DNA of 64,000 bases from assembly GCF_040938485.1 (NCBI RefSeq), contig NW_027271365.1, positions 434,001 to 498,000 of the forward strand, in the 5' to 3' direction. The position numbers were made by a program, and so were the translations under genes. Of this stretch, positions 1 to 12,272 are shown piece after piece. Origin of the DNA: Diadema antillarum (taxonomy: Eukaryota). The notes beneath the pieces were generated by a model, which made no database searches, was not told the origin of the DNA, and saw only the letters and a list, made by a program, of their open reading frames with translations. Position 1 is the first letter of the stretch. Each line of letters begins with the position of its first letter.

Positions 1-87
1 AGGGAGTGGCTACATGCCAACAGGCTACATGTACCTTGTGAATTGGAACCATCTTTGTAGTTGAAACAGTCAATTCATGGCATACTA

Positions 88-595
88 TGGTGCACTCCCG
101 TTATAACGCAATGCTCTGGACCGGCAGTTTTCTTTCGTTATAACCGAACAAATACAATATATAACGAAAACAAGGAAACCACATACATATATCATATTCT
201 GTTTGCTGAATACTCATCATACACTGGAAAGCTATGTGAAATGTGATAGGATAACTGTATCACAATAATAAATGCAAGTTCCCCTCAGAAACTGTGGAGT
301 GAACACACAGTGGTGTGAAGCGTTCACCCATGCAGAGACGCTATAAATGCTTGTCCCGCTATGTATTTTTGAAAGCAATTCGTATTTCGTTATAATGGAG
401 CATATTTCTTTTGTTTTTCTTTGTCTGTGGCGCTCGGAAAAGACTTTGTTGTAACGGAAATTTCGCTATAACCGTGTTCGTTATAAGCGAATTTTTTACC
501 ATAGACTTTAATGGTGATAATTTTGGGACCAGAAGATTTGCTTCGTTATAACGAAATTTCGTTATAACCGTGTTCGTTATAACGGGAGTGCACTA
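88..595. mobile_element. pogo/Tigger-like MITE
   Basis: TIRs (tg)GTGCACTCCCGTTATAACG ... CGTTATAACGGGAGTGCAC(ta), flanked by TA on both sides. Internal CGTTATAAC repeats; no coding capacity. Confidence 0.75.
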
Positions 596-2189
596 TACTG
601 TAATTCCATATGATGGCAATATTTCAATGTGTGATATCATGAAGTGCCGTTGCGTCATTGCATTATCAGTGTAGAATAAGGGCACACTGAGAATCCACTC
701 TATATTTGGACAGTTAATACTACTATGTATTTTTTGCTCTGCAAATAACACTTTGATTTCTCACTTGTATTGACAATGCAAATTAAATGCCAATATGCAC
801 AATTATGGCTGACTACTGTAACTGTGAACTAGAAATTAGAAACTAGAAATTACTTTGTATAACAACACTGTACATCCAAAATATTTCATACGGGGTGTGT
901 ATATGTGTGGATGTATTATCCTCTCTATCAGCATTTTGACATCTGCCTAGTATTGATGCTTACTCTCAAATCCTTCCATACAAGACAGCATTATTCAGCC
1001 CCATATTCCTTTAGAGTATGTAAGACCTTAGTCAAATATGTATGCCTTATAAATTTCATCATCCACATCATACAGACATTGTTGAATGTAGATGCTGAGT
1101 AGTGGCCACTTTATCACTTCATTGCCAAACTTTGAACGACCCTAAGTCCTAAAATTCAATGCACACTTTGATTATTTTGAATGGTGGGGGAGGGGGGGGG
1201 GGGGGGGGGAGGGGAGGATGAAGAGAAAGATAGACAAAAAGCACAAATATCTGAATCATAGAATAAAGTATGTTGTTTGCTTGAATGTGGAGATACACCT
1301 TTGGGGTGCAAAGTTCAAAAAACGGAGCACACCACAATAGCACCCGCAGACCATAAAGTATGACGTAGAGATAGACTCTTTTGTTTGCTCTCAGTCTGAC
1401 AGTACACAAAAGGTGAATGTTTATGATTTGATATTGAAAAGCTCTGTTTCTGAGAAGATATGAATTAAATCAAGCGCTGAAAATTGGGGGCAACTATTGT
1501 CTATTCTTCCCCATAACAAAAAAAAAAGAAAAGAAAAAAAGAGGAAGTCATATTCTATTCACCATAGATACATAACTATACTCTGTGTAGCCCTACCAGT
1601 GACTCCATGAGAGTTCACTGTCATCACTCTTTACACCACGCACGCATACACTTGTACAAGTTATAGACACACACGTACAGTAATAGGCACAATAAAGAAC
1701 TTTTATGACTTTGTTGTCTTCCAAATGGGAAAACAGAGAATTCTGTAAACACCATAAATTTCAAGAATTGGGACTTGTTAGGCAATTTCATAGGTGGTTG
1801 AACTCGCGATCGAGGACCACACTGACAGAATAAGACAGAAGTATTGTCCCTGTTCAATAGAAAAGTTAGCAATCTCCACATTTTTAGACTATGGACAACA
1901 TATTTGTGTGTCACCTGAAGCAATATTTTCTTGAGTTGTGGATTTTATGAGTACTGGTTGACTCGCGAAATTTGGCAAAATGAACGGTGTACAGAGATTC
2001 GATTCATCTTGATACACAAGCAAGGCAGAGCTCCATGTACATATGTCACACGTAACGAAGGTTCTAAATTAGACTCTTGCCAGTCATTCTGAAGAGCATA
2101 TCTCACCTTGCAGTGACTTGTGTGACTCGAAAAACAAAAATTATGGCTCAAATTCTAAACAAGAAGGCAACTCTACGGCGGCAAGAGAA

Positions 2190-2510
2190 GCCTCCATATA
2201 AGATTATAATCTATTTGATCAGAAGTTGCGGAAACGTTGCCACAACGTCTCCAGTACTAGGTCGTCAATGGGTCTCCACAAAGTCGCAAAGACATCTCCG
2301 AGACCTCGTAAATAAAATTAGTCTCCGTGACCAGCTGCAGACTAGAAAGAGTACGTGAAAAAATCGAACATGTTTGATTCTCTCGCTACTATCTAAAGAC
2401 TCGGCTACATTCCTTGGGAGATGTCTCTGTGACTTGGGAAACTCGTGTCGCCACCAGGTCGCCAACTAGTCCCAAGCGCAATGAGATACCCACTTTGATA
2501 TTATATGCCA
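2190..2510. mobile_element. Degenerate palindromic MITE
   Basis: Central near-palindrome AAAATCGAACATGTTTGATT at about 2360-2380, with inverted gtcgc/gagac-type sub-repeats on both sides. Ends poorly defined. Confidence 0.35.
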
Positions 2511-2915
2511 GCTATTATTCTCACAGGGAATCTGAACATCTGTATTGCAGGATTAAGTCCGCATGTTCTACAGTTAAAAGCATAACTACCAGCATAATGC
2601 TGAAAAACAAGGGGAAAAAAATCACGCTGAAAAAAAAAATCTTAATTAACTGAAATACTAATATATCCGTGAAAAAAAAACAAACAACAACAACAACAAA
2701 ACAGGATATGCTGTAGAGTTCTGTATTGGAAAGGCATTATCTAATCTGTTTAACATGCATCTTTCAGCATATCCGGAATCACCACACCTGTAACACAAGG
2801 GCGGTTACGGCATGATTTTAATCCTTCAACATCAGCACTCTAGTATTTTGGTGTGCATGGTTAGACATTACCCACAGAGCATTCTGTAGGTAGAGGACTG
2901 GTATAGCATGATTAA

Positions 2916-3845
2916 AGGGTTGGTATAGTTTCACTTGAGATGGGACTTCAGGTTTTTAAAGGACAAGTTCACCTTCATAGACATGTGGGTTGAGTGAATG
3001 CAGCAATATTAGTACAACACAACAGTGAGAGTTTGAGCAAAATCGGACAATCCGTTCAAAAGTTATGAATTTTTGAAGTTTCTGCTAAGTCACGGCTGGA
3101 TGAAAAGACTACTATAGCTTGTGATATCACCCGAGTACAACGATATAAAGAAAGAATAAAGAAAATTCAACATATTTCCATTTTTCTCCCATAACAAAAG
3201 AACACTCGACTTCTCTATTTCAGAAGGCAGGGGGAATAATATTACCCTTAACATACGTCAGTAACAAGTCGAAGAACTGTGTACTTTATTCAAAAAGTAA
3301 AGTTTTGTGAAATTCTCTTTTCATTTTCCTTATATAGTTGTATGCATGTGACATCATACACTGTAGTAGTCTTCTCTTCCAGCAGTGACTGCGCAGATAC
3401 TTAAAATATTTGTAACTTTTGAACGGATTGTCCAATTTTGCTCAAACTTTCACTGATGTGTTCTACTAATATTGCTGCATTCTCTCAATCCTTATGTATA
3501 TGAAGGTGGACTTGTCCTTTAACATTTGCAGATGATGAGTTTTTGAGACAATGAGAAACCCCTAATGAAATACAATGTATGAAGGAGCATATAATTCTAA
3601 GAGGAATTCAAAGTTTATTTGATGAAATTTGGTTTTGAAATGGCCAAGTATCTAAAACAAAGCGATCCTAAAAAAGGTGGGACTCACCTTTTATTTGGAT
3701 CGCTTTGTTTTACTTAGTTTTTGGATACCTAAGCGATTTCAAAACCGATTTTCGACGAAACTTTGAATTCCTCTCAAAATTGTATGCTCTTTAACATTAC
3801 ATGTAGTGGTTTCTAAGTATCTCTCAAAAAGTTAAAAGCTGAATG
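2916..3845. mobile_element. Kolobok-like fold-back element (outer), interrupted by 2960-3518 and lacking its right tip
   Basis: Starts TTAA|AGGGTTGGTATAG. The remainder is a long imperfect palindrome centred on AAAAGGTGGGACTCACCTTTT (about 3672-3692). The right arm stops at ...AAAAGCTGAAT. Confidence 0.65.
2960..3518. mobile_element. Kolobok-like non-autonomous element (inner, nested)
   Basis: TTAA|AGGACAAGTTCACCTTCATA ... TATGAAGGTGGACTTGTCCT|TTAA: 19/20 TIR match, TTAA TSD, purine-purine termini, and long subterminal inverted repeats. Confidence 0.85.
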
Positions 3846-3936
3846 CGAGGCTACGATTGTGTGAAAGTATTTGATACGTGTGAAAGTGTTCCAGAGTCGT
3901 AAAACATTCTAAGGGATTGGAGAGGGACATTCTTAC

Positions 3937-4017
3937 CATAAGTGGGGCAGGTCAGTGTGGCAGCTTCTCCCGCTGTTACTGTAATCGTTTGTGGTGACCC
4001 TCCGTAATCTTCAAAAT
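3937..4017 (-). CDS. SDK: Sidekick-like gene, exon starting Ig domain 2
   Basis: Acceptor ctctgtcattttag|AT and donor ATG|gtaaga; 81 nt, phase 1-1. It continues the frame as YFEDYGGSPQTITVTAGEAATLTCPTY, resembling the Sidekick Ig1-Ig2 junction (V.Y...TV..G..A.L). No further exon found within 1-3936. Confidence 0.8.
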
Positions 4018-4544
4018 CTAAAATGACAGAGAATAGAAGATGCACCTTGTTTAATATTACTGAGATGATAAGGCATAAGTGCAATGCAGGGCTTTAACAA
4101 TACAATTGTATCAGGTGATTTGTAAGACCTTACTACAAATGCCCTAATTAAAGTAAATGAGATAGAAATTTTGAAAGGAAATAACTCGATTCTGTGTAAC
4201 ATACCGACTTGCATGAATTCCCTCATATTCTTGAGACATCAAATAGACCAGCAAAACCAAATCAAAAGAACAACAGAAATGTTCAATGCTGGATGAATGT
4301 TTCTTTCTCCACAAACTATATCAGTACAGATACATGTATTAGCACAAGAATCAAGCTCGAGTACATTTTCCCATGACTTTTTTCATCATGCTTCTAAAAA
4401 ACACTGATAAATATGCTGTTCCTTTACGTCGATGTGGGGCAATTTGTCAATCAATTGCAAAGTGACCACACAGTTAATTTTTCATTACATGTGTCCCTAG
4501 TTATTTGTGTATTTCCCAAATGGATAAAAATGAGAATATACATA

Positions 4545-4665
4545 TAGAGGGAAACCTCGTTCCAACAAGCTGCTTAGGATTACTGAAATGTCCTTGTTCG
4601 TTAAATTAGAGAAAAACAAAAGAATATAAAAAGGAATTGTCATTTCATAAACAAAAGTGCCACTG
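4545..4665. mobile_element. Degenerate short Tigger-like element
   Basis: ta|TAGAGGGAAACCTCGTT resembles the left end of the 62725 element; ends in CCACTG|ta. Confidence 0.3.
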
Positions 4666-4826
4666 TACTATATACTGAGTTGATTTCAAGCATATTTTAC
4701 AAAATACCTTATTAATCACCACCCCACCCCCCATCCCCCATTCATCAAGCTGAAAAACAAACTAACAAGTTAAAGGAAAGAGTTGGAAATATTACAGTTT
4801 GAAGAAAAACACCTGTCCCCACTCAC

Positions 4827-5096
4827 ATGAAACGTGAATCTCGGCCCCCCTGCTCAGCACACTGCCGACCAGGTTCTGGGCAACGCAGCGGTACATGCCC
4901 ACGTCGTCCTTGGAGATGCGGCTGAAGACATAGGTGTGCTGGTCGGTGCCGACGTTGCCGATGGCGGTGCCGTTGATCTGCCAGCGGTAGTTGATGGGCG
5001 CCGTGCCGGTGGCCTGGCAGGAGAGTGTCTTGCGGTTGGAGTTGACCACGGTGTCACCTTGGGGGTTGCTGATGAAGAACGGTGCATCTTGGGCAC
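4827..5096 (-). CDS. SDK: Sidekick-like gene, Ig domain 1 exon
   Basis: Acceptor ttttctttaccaatactag|GT and donor CAT|gtgagt; 270 nt, phase 1-1. Translation AQDAPFFISNPQGDTVVNSNRKTLSCQATGTAPINYRWQINGTAIGNVGTDQHTYVFSRISKDDVGMYRCVAQNLVGSVLSRGAEIHVS has the Ig C...W...DxGxYxC pattern. It fits my recollection of Sidekick Ig1 (APxF...P, YRW, GS..S....V.Y). Confidence 0.85.
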
Positions 5097-6524
5097 CTAG
5101 TATTGGTAAAGAAAATGAAAACAAAAATGGTCATGTCATTTTCTTGCACATACTTTTCTATCTATCTTTATATCACCAGCACTGAACATGTATTTTATGA
5201 ATTTTAAATACATTAAAGAAATATTTGGCAGTGCACACATACAGTGCATTAAAAGTTGGAGTGGGCACCACTAGCATCAGTACCCCATGACATTTTCCAT
5301 CAATCATACACCTTGTGATGGTAGAAGTACAGATGGAATCCCCGACACTGGACATGCTTTCTTGACAAGACGAAATTATTCCCAAATTGGTTTGGCATTT
5401 CATGAACCTATTTTCCATGTTCTTTGAGCGTGGCTTACCAAGAACCAGGAGTGCAACCAACCTGCAATTTAATATCCATCACATCTGTTCCAATGTCTAA
5501 TATCAAAAGACAAAACAAGCTAATCAAAAAAAAGAAGCCTACGTACAGTATTTGAAATTCAAAGAACAAACTCTGTATACATTAGCAACATTTCAGCACT
5601 GACATTTAAGACGTAAAGGTCGCACATCATGTGATACATACACACACTCACATCTCTCTCTATTCCCTCCTACATAAAAGGCAGAGAAGGAAAGATACAG
5701 CACGCTATGGAAACAGATGCCCAGGAGTGAAAATAAAACAAAAACATCATCACCATCATCATCATCACCACCACCACTAGCTCCTTTCTCCCATGGGGCT
5801 GGTAAAAAAGACACGTGTAATTACGTCCATCTTGCTCCAATTTATCGGGTCATTTCATCTCCCATCAAGTGTTACAAGGTAATTAAAACTTCATCGTATC
5901 CATAATCCTAGCTGCTCCTGTACCGAGAAATGGGTCCCTGTTCAATCTGGCGCGCCGGGTGCTTCGAGATAGCAAGAGTGGAGTGTTCAGAATTTCAACC
6001 CTTTTTCTGCCAAGAGCTTCGGACACTGCATACAATGCTATGGGATTTTCTGTGTCAATCAGCACTCTAAGCACACAGTGGGTTAAACATTCTTTGCAAA
6101 ATCAAAAATGAATAATACTTATACGAAAAAAAAAATAGACAATTCAAAAAAATCAACTTGAAAATGAATGATTACATTTTGAAACTAGTGCACTCTTCAT
6201 GCATACCATCACGGCTAAAACTTGTATGCTTTCTCACTGCTCAGTCCTGAAGAGAAGACAACTTAGGTATGTGCAGATTATCAACGCGAATTTACATTGG
6301 CACACACCAGGGAAGGGAAATATTGATATTGGGTAATTTCAAATCAGGATGCATGACACTTCAGTGGCACAGTGGGTTCAGATGAGGGAATTAAAGTAAA
6401 CATGCCGCAAGGTATACTGCGGCTGAATCATTAATAGACTGAATACACTGTATTTGGCTGATCAAAGGTTAAGTCTGCTCAGTTGAAATCATTGTTTGAT
6501 ATTGCAATTGTCAGCTCATTTTAA

Positions 6525-6775
6525 AAATGATTCTTCCTCCTTTCTATCTCCTTCTCCTTCTTTCTTTCCTTCTAATCTCCTTTACTATCCCTTCTACCTT
6601 CTCTTTAATTTTTTTCTCTTTGTTATTTATCTCTTTTCTTTCTTTCCTTCCCATCTTATTTACTATCCCTTTTACTTTCTCTTTGAGTTTCCTTCTCTTT
6701 CTTATTTATCTCTTCTTTTTCTTCCTGCTCTTTCTTTCACATCTTGTTTCCTTTACTCTTCTTGATTTTGTTTCT
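6525..6775. repeat. Polypyrimidine (CT-rich) low-complexity tract
   Basis: Almost purely C/T; explains the F/L/S-rich ORFs at 6496 and 6527. Confidence 0.85.
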
Positions 6776-6939
6776 CTTCCTTTTGGGGGGATAGGGGACA
6801 ATATCATACCACTCATCTTTCTCTTTTGCCCTGAAAACTGCTACAAACTATGTCCTAAAATTGCTTCAAACTGCACCCTGAAATTCTGTTTCTATTTGGG
6901 TGATGGGGGTATACACACAAATGGGAGGTAAAGATACAC

Positions 6940-7329
6940 CCCCTTTTCAGACGCATGCCATTTATACCAAAACTCAGTAACGAAACGACATATAAAGAAT
7001 CATCATATAGCCGACAGACCGTTCAGACACTAAATTTGACCGTTCTGGGAAACGTCGTATAGATGTGCAGTTTCCCACTGCGCATGCTCTTATAGTCATG
7101 AGTGACAGCTGTGGGGTCACCTTTGGTGCGCCCTCCCATTAAGCCCCGCCCAGTTATACCGTTCTATGGTCACCATACGTTCAGACGCACACGGAATGCT
7201 GATTCGTTATCGAGTTCTAGTTCGAAACGATGCTCTGACCGTCGTTTCGCTATTCGTCGTTTCGTTATATGTCGTTTCGCTAGTCAGCGTTCTGACGTAC
7301 AAATTCATTGTTTTGCGTCTGAATGCCCT
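6940..7329. mobile_element. Probable Harbinger-like MITE
   Basis: TTCAGACGCA (6946-6955) is inverted as TGCGTCTGAA (7314-7323); internal GTTCAGAC copies and cgtttcg sub-repeats. Confidence 0.45.
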
Positions 7330-8342
7330 GAATGTTACACTCATGTGAATGTGATTAATAGTTTTTAGATGCAGTTTTTAGCTCTAGCCTTTTTATCACT
7401 CTAGCAGACTTATCCAGTATTCATTTGCCGCGCATGATATAACTTATTCTATCACAGTGTTTGACCTCACATGGGGAAGAAATCATTCTCTTGCAGCTGC
7501 ATAAAACATCACTGCCTCTCGTTTCCTTCTGAACCTGTTCGAGGAGGAAAAGACTCAACCCTGGAACCCATAAGTACCATCAGGACTGCAACAAATGCCA
7601 CATAATGAACACTTGTCATATGGGGTTAAGTCGTTACATGAGCCTCATAGAATAGTCCCTTGTCTGGGTTTGTATCATAATAAAATGATCTGCTAGCTAG
7701 GCCTATTAAACAAAAACAAAAAAGTAATAAGCCCACTAAATCAGACACAAGTCATCCAGATCTACTTCCTTCTACAGCAGGGGGAATCAGAGAAAAAGAA
7801 AGAAAAAGAATGTTGTGTTCAGTTCGATATCAATAGGGAAATGGTACCAAGTGATCAAGCAAGAACACAAATGGCAAGCTGAAATAAAAACTCATTAGAG
7901 GGTAAATGCTCTTTTTTTCCCCTATGAAAGTAGAAGAGAGTCAACATACTTTTCAGGAAAAGCTTTCAGTTTTGATCAGTTTTTCTTTTTTTCAACAAGA
8001 CTAATGGCATCATGTTCTCTGTGCCAAGGAGCCTAGACTTCAGTTTAAAGAGCACCTGCAGTGGCAAGCATTTTGAGAGAAATTGTACAAGTTCGTAAAA
8101 AATAAAAGCAAAACAAAACATACGAAATATGTCCCTCTGTTTATTAGCAGCCCCCCTCACCAACGCACACATTTTCAATGAACATTCTTGTGATATTGCA
8201 ACAAAATGTGAAGAATGTTTAAAGGTTTATCACTTGCATTATACTTTTTATTAAGTTTCACAGCAATGCCTGAATGTTTAAATGGATACTCCTAGTAAAA
8301 CTAGAAGTGTTCCTGGCTATCTCAAATACCATGCGCCTCTTT

Positions 8343-8760
8343 GGCTGCGTTTATATAACTTGAGAGAGAGAGTCACATTTCAAGATGCATTTGGAATGGT
8401 GTTTGCGAATGTGGATTGAAACGTGATTCTCAGGGTGCAGCGTTTATCTATACCCATCATGGAATCACTAGATTTGAGTGCAGTCACTGCACAGCTGCTA
8501 TGTGCAGTTCGACCCAAGAAGCAGAGGTCAACTGAGGTCTGTGTTGTAACCCGCAGTTCATATACAGCATGGAAGGTGACCTTGGCAGCTTGGAGATATA
8601 AATGCGTTTCAAAACAGCATTGCCCTTATCTACTCTCAGAAAGGCGATCTTTGAATGGCATTTCAAATCGCCGTTTCTAAACACATTTGAAAACACGGTT
8701 GCGAATACATTACCCGAAAATGCCTCAAAGGCATTTAGGTTCGTGATTCTGCTTCAACAA
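8343..8760. mobile_element. Truncated Harbinger-like MITE remnant
   Basis: Begins GGCTGCGTTT, like the 21992 element, with repeated ttgcgaat/tttgaaa motifs. No clear right TIR. Confidence 0.3.
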
Positions 8761-11700
8761 ATTTGTAGATATTATATTTTTTAGATCTCAATAGAATCCC
8801 ATTTTCTTTGCTCATTTTTCCACGAATGAAATTTGAGATAAATGCACGTTTTATCTCTGGTGACCCTCTCTACCATGGGTGCTGGCAGAGAGAGGAAAAA
8901 AAACAAAAACAAAAACCCAAGTATAGGAAAGACCCACCATCAAAGTCATGTGAGATAGGATCCTCAAAAGAAGATGAGCGTACAGCCATGCATAGGCATG
9001 GAAGCAACTTCTGGTTAAGTCATTGAACGTAGCCGGGATTAAAAGCGAGCGGGAGTGGCACACTCGATAATCAGCAACGACGCCCGAGGAGAGCTGCGCC
9101 AGATGCAGCAACACGGCAGCCCCCTTCACAGCAGATTTGCCCCGCGCTTTGATTAACCGGGCCTGATGTACCTGATGAACTAATTGCTATCCCAGTGCAC
9201 TATGGAAGTCCGTGAACATCAGCACATCACCTGGTTTGCATCTTCACTTTCTCCTTTACACAGTCTATGAATGAACACCCTGTGGGTTTGCAAGTGACGG
9301 ATGCGCTTGGAAGTTGAAATTGGGCAATGGTGGAACAGCTGTATACAGTGACCTCAAGGAAAATTACTGTACCTGTTCAGTATGTCTCAATGACTCTAAT
9401 AAAAACTAGCACTAGCATTGTATCTAAGATGTTCCATCAAACTCCAATTACCTTCTTCTGCTGAAGGACAGTTAAAAGAGGTGTGTCCAATAAGAACAAT
9501 ACACCAAGGCAACATTTCATCCAAACTGGTGAAAAAAAAACAACAACCCAGTATCAATGCAGTATTTTAAAAAAAAAGTATACCAAAGAAATTGTTTTGT
9601 GTGGTCATAAGAATCTGTGAAAGTGAGCACATCAAATTTCCGATAGCTATCTTGGTTGATCTATACTTTCTGCAATGTACATTTGATAAGAACTGTTTTG
9701 TGATGCAAATACAAATTGTAGTTTTACAAGGCTAGAATAATAACCAATTTATTTATGAAGCATCACCACCACAGCAGTGTTCATAGCAGCTATAAAGCTA
9801 CAATTGTAATACACAGCGATAATAGTTGTACACACTATGCGTAATATGCACCAAGAAGAGAACGCTTCAACTCACAACCTCATAAAACTTGTAATTTTAG
9901 TCACGCGTATTTCCCTCATCAACCAGGCTAATTTACATCAAATATCAACTTACCTAAGCCTTATAAATTGTCCAGAGGCATCCACTATTGGCTCCCTGTC
10001 AAGCATACAAGCATGATGTACATACGCTTTTGACAATATTATCACACACTTTGCCACAAGACAATATCTGGGCCACCATTTTGTGTCTATTAAGAGCAGT
10101 TTTCAGACACTATAGGCCTAATTCATACATGCAGGCTTTGCATACGTGCAAATGCCGTTTATCTCCTTTGTCTTGCCAGACATTTCTTAGCAAGTCTTTT
10201 GTATGTCCACAAATTTTGCATCATCAATGTCATAAAGACAGCAACACTGTATGTGGTGTACATATGCCTTTTATGTGCACAGGTACAAGCTTGTACATGG
10301 CTGCCCTTGATTTTGAAAGAGAGAGAGAGAGAGTGAGTGCCTCCATCACATGCTTTCTTTCAGGTATCAAATTTCCCTCTCTGATGCGGCCATCCGCAAC
10401 TTTGCTCAAGCTTTCTGTATGCGTGGCCACATGCTTTGAATTGGCACCCGTCAATACTGAGCTTGGGTAGGAAGGCCGTCGCTAATTATTAACACTTTGG
10501 ACTGCGGAGTGTATTATAACTCACACGGGTCAAAGTCGATAACACATGCAGACGTACATTAGACACTTTGCTTATGTGTATACAAAAATTCATGAATGGA
10601 CACGTGGTAATCAATCAAAGGTTTGATTTTTTTTTTCTCTTTTTTTTTTTTTGGGGGGGGGGATGCATACATGTACCAATGGAGCACTGAGCTAAGTGCT
10701 TTTGCTCACTGCAGTAGAGAGCTTTCAACAGCAAGTGTTGTACCGTATCAAGTCTGGAACAGTATGAAGAGGAAAAGGACAGCACTTGCATTACAATAAA
10801 ATCTCGTAAAATTTCGGAGTCTGCTTTTACGACATATTCACCAGAAGACACTGAAAGCAGAAACGATGATGTATGTACAGTACCACTTTCACTGGCACAT
10901 GTGCACTGCGTCGTATCCTTGGTAACAGCACACACTATTGAAAGCAAGATGGCGCAATTTCACTGACTGTGAATTGTTGCTCGTATGTCACATCCATCAC
11001 ATGTAAACACACATACATGGACACATACATACACTGATACAGTGTACATGCACACAAACAAATACACCTACAGTGCAACACATGCACACAATGTACTTGA
11101 ACGTCTTCATGATGTGGAAGTGTTTACACATTCACATGATGTCATATCATCAAAAAATACATAAATAAATAAAGCAGTTTAGTTGATATGCTTTATACTT
11201 GATAATCACTATAGTCTAGAAATGAATAGGCCTACATGTACCTCGAGGAGTTAACAGTCAGTGAAATTAAACTTTGTCTTTGGTGACTGAGCACTACAGG
11301 GTAAAAAAGAACAATTGCAAAAAACAAAAGCAAAAAACCTCTTATAGAGCAAAACAAATTCACATATCTGTGTGTACATGTATAGGCCCATGTATCTCCC
11401 AATGGGGTTTACATATTCCAGACTGGTTTGAGAAATTGCAGGTGGGCCTATGTAAAATATTATCAATTCATGAAATGTACACCTACACATAAGACACATA
11501 TACACTATAGTAAGTTTAGAATCCCAATTACCCCCCCCCCCCCTTTTTTTTTCCAGGGCGTGGGAAAAAAATTAATGTCATTGCTGGAGACACCCTTCCA
11601 ATGAGAGGTTTATTGCTTTCACCTAAAATACAGCGTCAGATTGTACCTGACGCACAGCGGAGGCCATGCATGCATTGCTGCTACATTAACCTCAACGATA

Positions 11701-12062
11701 CCAATGCACCTTAGCTGTACATGTTCCCCAGCGATATTTTATGGGATTAAAAACAAAACAAAATGCAAAAACAAGGCAGCAGAGGGATGGAGCTACCGCA
11801 TTCCTTTTTAGCAGCCCTCGCTTGATGAGCTGTGACACTGTCAGGACCAGCCTGTAATTTCAATTTACATGTCATACTTGCCTGCAAGTCGCCCCGCATT
11901 CCCCCTAAAAAAGTTCAGGGCGCAATTAACCTTCCTCCAAGACTGGGCAACTTTAATATTACTCATAATCTGTGAAAGAAGAAACAACTCGAGTCTAAAA
12001 GGGCCAGATGTTTGGTATCTTCTTTTTTTTTTTGGGGGGGGGGAGGAAGAAATGTCCCCAAA

Positions 12063-12272
12063 CATAAATCAGAAATGTTCATGTGCATTTTGATTTCGCG
12101 AATTTTGCAAAAGGCAAGATTTGTGAAATCAAAATGCACGCAAATATTCCTGTCTGGTCAGATTTATAATGCATGGCATGCCAGTGGCAATTCACAAAAA
12201 TTTCATGCTGCAAAAAGGCTGTCTACTCCATTTCGAGAAAATTTCATGCCGCGAATATTTCTTGCTTTACAG
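12063..12272. mobile_element. TA-flanked MITE (CTGTA-end, TTCGCGAA family), degenerate
   Basis: Right end ...GCGAATATTTCTTGCTTTACAG|TA with a degenerate inverted left end; shares motifs with 46302-46832. Confidence 0.55.

Noticed and set aside
1-3936. Further Sidekick exons
   Set aside because: Splice-like candidates near 960-1010 and 2740-2790 have in-frame stops in the required phase; the next exon is presumably left of the window.
4827-5096. PTK7, Robo or L1CAM as alternative identity of the Ig exon
   Set aside because: The residue pattern and the V.Y...TV..G..A.L junction into the next exon fit Sidekick better by recollection; not excluded without a search.
4834-5185. Overlapping ORFs 4834-5100(+), 4854-5096(-) and 4991-5185(+)
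   Set aside because: Shadow frames of the GC-rich Ig exon; only the splice-bounded frame has domain motifs.
5883-6074. 63-aa minus-strand ORF near the Ig exon
   Set aside because: No recognisable domain and no splice sites compatible with the Sidekick frame.
6365-6375. Pol III A-box-like TGGCACAGTGG (tRNA or SINE)
   Set aside because: No B-box at suitable spacing and no cloverleaf.
6496-6931. Hydrophobic 89- and 134-aa ORFs
   Set aside because: Products of a CT-rich low-complexity tract.
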